A stretch of DNA of 64,000 nucleotides from the human T2T-CHM13v2.0 reference genome, Homo sapiens. The position numbers and the translations under genes were made by a program. The notes beneath the pieces are model-generated. The model was not told the origin of the DNA. It saw only the letters and a list, made by a program, of their open reading frames with translations, and did no database searches. The DNA lies in NCBI RefSeq assembly GCF_009914755.1, contig NC_060940.1, one strand, 5' to 3'. This document shows, piece after piece, positions 55,776 through 64,000 of this stretch (its first letter is position 1; every line of letters starts with the position of its first letter).

Positions 55776-57247
55776 GCGTAAGCAGCAGTTCTCACCCCAC
55801 ATGCCCTGGGCAGAAGCCACTGCTTCCTGCTTTCCTGTGACACCTGGAGGTCCTGCAGGCAGGGGGCCGGGGCTCCCCTCTGTTGTTCCCGGGAGTGGCC
55901 GGCACCAGGCCTAGCCCAGGGTGAGCCCCAGATTTGTAAACATGGGCAGGGTTGCAGGAGGAGGCTCCCTGCGGGTGGCCTTCCAAATGGCCCGGCATCC
56001 ACATGTGCAGGAGCTGGGGGGAGGGCATGGGCCCCCAATCCTCGTCCACACCAGCATCCACCTCCTGGTACAGGGGAAACCGCAGGGCCTGGCCGCTCCT
56101 TGGGCAGCCTCTCAGCCTTATCTTGGCCTTCTGCAGACAGCCCTGTCTCCAGGAAGGGCTCTATCGGCTCCGTCATCTGCACCCCGGGCTTGGGAACACA
56201 TGTGGTCAAATGGATTTTTCTGGGAATGGCAGCCGCGTCTCTTGGAGACAGACCCCCACCCCCATCCCCCGCCACCACCCGGTGCCAGGGCTCGGGGCAG
56301 GGCCCTGGGCCAGTGGGGGCCAGCTTGGGGCAGGGCTGAGGAGGGCAGTGGGGGTAGGGCTCCCTCCTCCGTGGCAGGCTCTAGAAAGGCCAAGCTTCTA
56401 GACTCCCCTCTGGGACTCTGTGATGTTCAGGTTCCGCCAGCCCCTCCCTCAGCTGGGTCGGTGTCCTCCATGCTGCTGCCTGCCCATCCACTCCAGGCCA
56501 GGCGGCTTGGGGCAGCCTCCTGGGGGCAGTCTCCTCTCTGTGCCAGGAGGCAGTCAGGGGTCCCAGCCTGCGCCTGGCAGTGTGGGCATGTGTGGGAGGG
56601 TGGAGGCAGGAAGCCTTTCACTTAGGAGCTGTGAGCCACGGGAAGTCTGCTCAGCCTCCCTGACTTCCCCCAGGGCCAGAGAGACCCCAGGCTCTCCCTC
56701 TCTATAATCAGCACCATGACAGCGTACACATGCAGCGCTCACCAGACAGGGCAGCCCTGCTTGGCGCCCTTCGCGCTGATTGATTTTTTGAATCCTCCCA
56801 TGGCTCTCATGAGGCAGACACAGTTGCTGACCCATCTTAGAGACCAGGAGACCGAGGCCCAGGCGAACCTTTGCTCCCTGCAGCCCTGTGCCTGCCCTGA
56901 GTCTCTGGGCAGTGCCAGGAAGGCAACTTGGGGATGGAAAGCACCTGCCAGTCCCCTCCCCACCTTCGTCCCTGTCCTTGTGGCTACCCCCGTGCTGCTC
57001 TGCAGTCTCCTCCCGGCTCTGCTGTTGCTCCCTCTCCTCCACTTGAGAACTTCCCTGAACCAGTACTGAGGGTGGCCAAATTGGATGCTCCCCAACTCCT
57101 GCAAATGCCAGAGGACTTGAGAATTAAAATATCCAGGTTCAAGTTCAGATCCCGGCTCTGGGTCTCACTGGCCAGACAGCCTTGGGCAAGCCACCTATCG
57201 CCTGCACCATGCACAGAGCCACACACCTCTCCCACAGAGCCGCTATG

Positions 57248-57310
57248 ACTCTCCCCAGAGAGCTGCCATCTCCCTGCACTCTCCCCAGAGAGCTGCTATC
57301 TCCCTGGACT
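57248..57310. repeat. 30-bp tandem duplication
   Basis: ACTCTCCCCAGAGAGCTGC(C/T)ATCTCCCTG(C/G) x2. Confidence 0.95.
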
Positions 57311-58769
57311 TCCGGGGCCCGGCCTACCTCTTCCTCGATGGCTGCCCCTCCCTGGGCCTCAGCACCCTCCTCGCTGGGCCTCCTCCGCATGCAGTGCCAT
57401 CTGGCAGAGGGAGTGTGTTGCACCAATCAACTCCAATCCTGGTCTGGTGTCCACACTAGCTGAGCAGCTTCCAGAAAGGCAGAGTTTCCATCCGTTTTGC
57501 TCCTCTCCATCACCCCCAGTGCCTAGAATGGTGCCTGGCCCCGTGAGGTGGCCCTCGGAAAAACCTTGTCAGATGTAGAAGGGAGAACACAGAGTGGTCT
57601 TCCCCTCCTCTTCTCCCACAGACCCCTCCCTGCTCCTGAGAAGATTCCAGGAGGTCTCCCTGGAACATAGTAGGTGCTTCCATGTATTGGTTCCTTCCTC
57701 ACCCCGTGGTGAGCACAGCTCAGGTCTCCTGGGACCCCTGGGTTCTCATGGACCATCCAAGGTCTTACTTAGAAGCAGCAGCCCAGCTCCTGGGGTACGT
57801 TTTCCTGCGGCCCCTCCCTCCATTGCAGGTCAGACAGCTGGGCCTGGACCCTGCTCCCTGCCAGGCCACTGAAGGGGCGCCAGGAGTCCCGGAGTCCCCT
57901 CAGCCTGGCTGTGCACTTCCTTTGCTACTGGATCCTGGGCCCTGCCAGAGCCCAGCAGCCATGGCCTAGGGGTTGAGGGAAGCAGATCGCTGTGCTCCTC
58001 CCCCAGCTCCTGCTCCCTGGCCTAAGGTCACCAAAGAGAAGACCTTTGCTGGTTCTAAGACGTAGCCATTAGCTGGCCCCTTGGCCTGCCTGTCCATGCC
58101 AGGCTGCCCCAGACAACATCTACCAAGACCCTACCCCTGCCCTGCCAAGCATGGTGGGCAAAGGGGCTTTAATTTCCAAATCCAAGGACAGAACAGCAGG
58201 TGTTTGGCCTTGGGAAGCCCAAGCATTGCCATTTCTAGAACATTCTGATGGGTTAAAAGGGTCATAACTCTCTAATTTGAACTTGGACATTCACCATAGC
58301 TGTGAACAGCTGTGATCCTTTGTACTCAGGGATCATCAAGTCCAGCTGGGCAGGCAGGGCTCTTATACCCCAAGGATTAGGGCATGTGGCTGAGGCAGTC
58401 TGGGAGGGCTCCCTAGAGGAGGAGAGGTGGAGGCTGTGACTTGAAAGATTCCAGGACGCAAAGGAGAGTAGTTAAGGTCTTCTTGGAGGCAGAGGGAGAC
58501 AAGTCCAAGAGGGGAGGAGGTGGCACTCCAGGGCCTCATCTAAACTGTGGCAGTGCTAAAACCACCCTCTAAATCCTCCCTGAGCCCTTGGCCAACCCCA
58601 CTGTTCAGCAGGTGATGAATCTGTAGCGTAGGGAACCATTTGGTGAAACAGGATAGAAGCAGGGTGAGGCAAGGTGGGAGGACACCCCCCCCTCCACCCG
58701 CCACCCTGGTACCCCCAGCTCCCAACACTGCCCGCCGGGGGAGGCCTCTCATCCCTCATGGTCGAGGTT

Positions 58770-58950
58770 TAGTGTGGCATCTCAGACGTTTGATCTGTGC
58801 TCTGCATTAGACGGTAGCTATTTGAAATCTTGACATCAACAAGGTTAACAAATTGGCTCCATTTGGCGTGGCCCCGGACCTAATTAGATCTAATTAATAC
58901 TCACTGGGGGTCCTGCATCAAGCCGCAATCCATCATCCAGCCTCGCAAAC
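58770..58950. promoter_or_regulatory. Candidate enhancer with a palindromic double homeodomain site
   Basis: TAATTAGATCTAATTA at 58881-58896, two TTGGC NFI half-sites, repeat-free. Confidence 0.5.
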
Positions 58951-59104
58951 AGCCCTCCGCTGCTCCTCCAGCTGAAGGGAGTGTCGCCCTGCCAAGCTGG
59001 GAGACCGTCCTTCTCCCTGGTCTTTGCATTTTCTTTGGGGAGCTGTGAATTTCCAGTGGGCATGGGAACGCGGTGAGCCCTGGTAAAGTCTTTGCAATGC
59101 GTGT

Positions 59105-59665
59105 TACTTTAATTTTTTAAAGTTGAGGTAAAATTCACCTAACACAAAATTAACTGGAAGCAAACAATTCAGTGGCATTTAGGACCTTCACAGTGCTGTG
59201 CAAACACCACCTCCGTCCAGTGCAAAAACATTTCGTCACCCCAAAAGGAAATCCCAGACGCATTAGCTCTGCCGTTCCTCACTCCCCCACCTTCCTTTCC
59301 AGTCCCTGGCAACCATCGATCTACTTTCTGTTTTTATGAATCTGCCTATTCTGGACGTTTCACAGAAATGGAATCGTACCGTTTGTAGCCTTTTGTGTCT
59401 GGCTTCTTTCACTCAGCGTGGTGTCTTCCAGGTTCATCCACGTTGCGGCCCGAATCCGAACTTCATCCCTTTTTATGGCCGAATAATATTTCATTGTGTG
59501 GATAGACCCCATGTTATGTATTTGTCCTTCTGTTGGTGACACTTGGGCTGTCCCCAGGTTTGGGCTATGGTGAAGAATGCTGCTGGGAACATGAGTGTGC
59601 AAATTGGTCCTTGAACACCTGTTTTCCCTTCTTCTGGGTATAGATCTCCACAGAGGGGATCTGAT
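59105..59665 (-). mobile_element. Old L1M (L1MB-like) 3' end
   Basis: TTGAGGTAAAATTCAC, CAATTCAGTGGCATTTAG, CCCTGGCAACCA..ATCTACTTTCTG, TTTTTATGGCCGAATAATATTTCATTG, GGGCTATGGTGAAGAATGCTGCT. Confidence 0.93.
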
Positions 59666-59719
59666 AGGCCACGGTATCCTTTTCATTTTGTTTAACAAGC
59701 ACATACGTAGCTCTTGTTG

Positions 59720-59840
59720 GGTGCCAATTTAATATTCATAACCTCACTAAGAGGGAGGTACTGTTACCTCCGTTTTACAGATGAGCAAACTGAGGCTATG
59801 TGGGTTTAACAGGCAGGATTTGAACCAGGCAGCCAGATGC
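59720..59840 (-). mobile_element. MIR fragment
   Basis: GTTTTACAGATGAGCAAACTGAGGC..CAGGATTTGAACCAGGCAG. Confidence 0.82.
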
Positions 59841-60879
59841 TGCTGGCTTTCACTAGTCAGTGTAGTAATTTGGCATCAAGGCCACCAGGTCTGAGCGGCC
59901 CTTGGGAACTGCTTCTCAGGGTTGCAGGCCCAGGAGGCCTCCCTTGTGCAAATCACTCCTCAGGATGCTGTTGGGTGACCCTGAGGCCGGTGCATCTGTT
60001 CACAGAAATGTCACTGCAAAGCAAGCTAGAGGGGCAGCCTCTCCCTGTCAGGGTCCCCTGCCTGACACCCGCCTGGGGGCATCTCACCGGGCTGGGGCCA
60101 GGCTTCCAGGCCTGCTCACAGAGTGCCTGAGGAAGTCTGGTCCCAGGCCCAGGAATAAATAACAGGCGTGCAGGCTGTCAGCCAAGCTGGCTCTCAGGTC
60201 TCCTGGAGCTCCACAGAGCCCCGGCTTTCTGTTGATCTGATCTCCTGTGGTCTCTTGGCTCCTCCGCTGTGATCAATCTTGCGGCCCTGGGCTGGCCGGG
60301 CAGTCACCCCCACGCAATGTGGTTATCTCCTGGCCACACATCGCTGCTGGGGCCCGGGGCTCGCTCAGGCGGCCCTCGATGGCTCATCTCCCCTGCCTGA
60401 TCTCCCGTCCTGGTCATTCTCCAGCCCGCCCTTATCTCAGTGTCTGGGCTCTTCCTTTACTTGCAAACCGTGACTGTGGTGGGGGCAGGGACGGCCGCCT
60501 TGTAGTCACCAGACCCTCTGAGACAGGATTTGCTTCCCACACAAGGCTAATCAGGTCCATAGGCCCTGGACGAGGGCTCCTCTGTTTCAGAGGCCACATG
60601 GTGACCCGCTGCCCCTGCAATGTGCAGAATTGGGTAAAATCGCTCCCAGTCACACAGCTGGGAGGGACCCTGGGAAGATGCACGTGGTCTGCCCCTCACT
60701 TTCCCGATGAGACAGCAGAGCCCTTGAAAGCAGGGGGTACCTGCCTGTGCCCGGGCTCGGAGCCCACACCCGGAGATGCTGGGTAAGATGGGAGGGACAG
60801 AATGGGGAGCAGGGAAGCAGATCCAGAGCCAAAGCACTGCCAAATAACAGCAGAAGCCCCAGGCCATCAAGAGCATGGC

Positions 60880-61700
60880 ACCTCACACATGCACACACAC
60901 ACACAGCCATGTGCACACTCAAGCATGTGCACACACATGTATGCACACCCATGCATGCACACACACAACACATGCACACACACTCATACACACATGCACA
61001 AACACACTCATGCACACACATGCATACATGTGCACACACAGCACACATGCACACACACCGTGCACACACACGCATACACTTGTGCACACATACATGCACA
61101 CACGCGCACACAACACGTACACATGCACACACGTGCACACACATGCACGCTCACACGCACACATGTGCACATACAACACATGCACACACGGTTGCACCCA
61201 CACATGCACACACACACCGTGTACATGCATGTGCGCACACACACACATGTAATCACAGCCTTAGTGCACAAGCATGCCTGTGCACCCACACACAGCTCTT
61301 GACACAAACACCATAACACACCCATATATACAGTAGACACCTGGGTACACAGTGCACATTTGCACACACACATCCACACACAGCCCTCTGTACATAAACA
61401 CACACATTCACATGCACACACAGCCTGTCACACACTTGAGCATACACACAGTTCCCAGCACACATGCATGTGCACAAACATGTACATACACAGTCCTCAG
61501 CACACACACACCGTGACATACACCTGCACCCAATAGACAGCTGCATACACACAGCACACATACACTCACACACATGCACACACACGCACACACAGCCTCT
61601 GTACATAGATACGCACGCATTCACATGTACACACAGTCTGTCACACATTTGAACATACACGCAGAGCTCCCAGCACACACACACACACACACGCACACCT
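60880..61700. repeat. ~800-bp degenerate (CA/CATG)n tract
   Basis: Directly visible. Confidence 0.95.
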
Positions 61701-61702
61701 GC

Positions 61703-61703
<1 letters not shown>

Positions 61704-61748
<45 letters not shown>
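61704..61748. repeat. Perfect (TC)22 microsatellite
   Basis: Uninterrupted TC run. Confidence 0.99.
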
Positions 61749-61751
<3 letters not shown>

Positions 61752-62529
61752 ACTCATACTCCTCCTCCTCCTCCAGACCAGCCTGGGTGACCATGAGTTT
61801 CCTCAGAAGCCGACCACATGGACTCTTCCTGCCTCCCTCTCATTGCCTCATGGGTGTCTGTCCACTTGGGGAGGGGAGCAGAGGCCAAGAGGAGAGAGTG
61901 GCTGGCTCGTGAGGGTGGCTGACCCTGGCAGGGTTAAGAGGGGTCTACCGTTAAAGGGTCCCCATGAAGGCAGGAAGTCATCCAGCCGAGAATGGGAGGA
62001 CCACACAGACCTCTTTCCTACAGAGCTTGGGGTCAGAGTGGACCACTGGTCTCTGGGCCAGTGGCATGGGGTCCACAGGATTGTGTCCTTGGCCCAGGAG
62101 CTGCTGTCCTCAATCCTTGGCCATCCTCACAGGGGCTTGGCCGCCACCCCTGACTGCTTCAAAGCCTCTTGGGCTTTCCCTCCAGAATCCAGTTCAGGCC
62201 AGTGATCACATCCACATGGGCAGAGCCTCCTTTTTCCAGGCTGCTCCAGAGAGCACGTCTCCCTCGACCCTCCGGCCTTGCTATGCACAATCAATGCCAC
62301 TCCCCTTACAGGGGGGCACAGACTCAAAGGAGGGGAGGGAGGTGCTATTGTGAACACGGACAGGTGACTGCCCAGCCCAGGCTTCCTGATGGGGGCCCCG
62401 AGACCCTCTCCGAGAGGAGCAAGAAACACACGTGCCTTGCTCTGTGTGGGTGCGGCCGGGTGGCGAGCGGCCCATCCTGGGAGGGCTGGAGAACCTCCCC
62501 CTTGCCCATAGCGTGGCAGATGGGACAAG

Positions 62530-62715
62530 GGCTCCACTTCCTCCCACCTCTGCTGTTTACTGGCTGTGTGACCTCAGACCATTCTCTCAACCTCTCTGAG
62601 CTTTTATTTCCACATCTATACATGGGACCAAGGATAGCCCCAATCCCAGACCTTGCCAGATGTGTCAGAGGGTCCTGCAGTGTGTGCAGCACCAGGCCTG
62701 TACACATGGTGCCGA
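62530..62715 (+). mobile_element. MIR fragment
   Basis: TTTACTGGCTGTGTGACCTCAGAC..AACCTCTCTGAGCTTTTATTTCCACATCT. Confidence 0.8.
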
Positions 62716-64000
62716 CTGGCATCATGAGGGAGGTTTCCTTTACTGTTCCTTGCCCCTGGGCCTCACTTTCCCTTCTCATGCAAGCTGGGACCTGTGCAGG
62801 CGGTGGCTCAGCCTACAGAAGGGCTGGGAACTCACGGCCAGGCGTGTGGGTGGATTGTTCTGGATGCCTCAGAGCCCTGTTCTTCACGGACCTTGATGAG
62901 CTCCAGCTAATGAAGCCCAGGCTCTCCTGAGGGGACAAGATGTTGATGGAGGCGTGGAGGACTGGAAACAGGTCCTCCAGCGCCAGGATCCAGGAGGGAA
63001 CACACAGGAGGGGACAGAGCAGGCCTGTCCGAATCTTGCTGGGCTTTTCTGCACCCTGGGGGCCCTCAGGCAAGCAGCCAAGCAGGTAGGAGATCCGGCC
63101 TTGCATCCGGCCTGCCGCAGACCCAGCAGGTTAGCGTGCTGTGCACACCTGCCCCGCCCGCCCTGGCCTCGGATTGGCTCGGCCAGATGCTTTCAGAAAC
63201 ACTTCCCATCATAAAAGTCTCACTGGCTCCGCCACCTGCCCCGGGCCCTGTTGCTCCGCCAGTCAGGAGACAAGTCTGTTCTCGCCAAGGAAGCCCTTTG
63301 TGCCACCCTGGGCCGAGCCACATGGGGCTTGGGATGGGTGCCTGGGGCAGGGCACCCGCAGCAGGTGTTTTGGGGTGGGTGCCTCCAGCCTGTGGCTGCT
63401 TGTCCGGGGCAGGAGGCTGGGAGGAGAAGGGGAGTCACATCAGCTGTGCGTCTCTGGCCCAGGTGCAGGCAGGGCTCCTCTCAACTGCCCCTTGCCCCTG
63501 ACGCCATCTGTGTGTGAGGCCAGGGCTCCCAGAAGAGTGTGGTATGGCCCCCACTATTGGAGTCACCATGCAGAGGGGGCCAGACGCCTGGACAGAGACT
63601 CAAAGCCACACAGAGACCGGGCTGGGTGGGACATACTTGCCTCCCACCACTACCCGTGGCAGACAGCTCCTTCTCGGGGGCCCTGGGGAGCAGGGCAGGA
63701 AGCCAAGCGGAGTTTGTGGCTGAGGTGGACCCCTGGTGGAGGAGGGGTGTCCGCAGCCTCTGCACCCAGCAAGTCCCGTGGCCCCCCCAGGGCCAGCCTG
63801 GCTGCTGACAGATGGTCATGAGACCCGGGGAGTCTGATGAAGTTCATTTTTCACCTGCACGTGTTTTCGCCTCCCCGCTCTCGCGAGGCAGCCGGCCATC
63901 CATCCTGGAGCCCTTCCGAGGCCTCGGCGGTAATGGGGTCATAGATCACTCCCTGGTGGAGACAGAGCTGGACAGGGGGAGGGGAGCCATTAAGAATGAC

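Noticed and set aside
61253-61753. ORF starting SERERERER, resembling RE-repeat proteins
   Set aside because: It is the reverse complement of the (TC)22 microsatellite followed by a TG repeat.

Overview
This is GC-rich, repeat-rich primate (most likely human) genomic DNA and appears almost entirely non-coding. I count about 25 Alu or Alu-monomer insertions (J-, S- and one near-consensus Y-type, many with clear target-site duplications). There are also many MIR and L2 relics, several old L1M 3' fragments, ERVL-MaLR LTRs (THE1/MST, MLT1), an ERV1-like MER34-type LTR, hAT DNA-transposon relics (MER58, MER91) and several large micro/minisatellites. None of the long ORFs in the track looks like a real protein: they come from Alus, simple repeats or GC-rich chance. 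There are no rRNA, tRNA or CRISPR features. The best non-repeat signals are four. (1) A CpG/GC-box promoter-like island at about 49.0-49.46 kb ends in a short ATG-initiated reading frame (MDQKSPKWKVLLP+G) closed by a strong phase-1 splice donor, which suggests an alternative first coding exon of a large + strand gene. GSE1 on 16q24 is my unverified guess. (2) A series of repeat-free islands dense in homeodomain, GATA, FOX, SOX and TCF motifs look like developmental enhancers (about 7.8, 13.5, 17.4-18.2, 20.4, 27.0-27.5, 33.3, 44.9 and 58.8 kb). (3) An inverted partial copy of the 1.1-kb (GGAT)n array lies 1.2 kb downstream of it. (4) An 85-bp dispersed direct repeat with no transposon origin I recognise sits at 35.5 and 37.0 kb. 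Repeat subfamily names come from recalled consensus motifs, and boundaries of old repeats are approximate.
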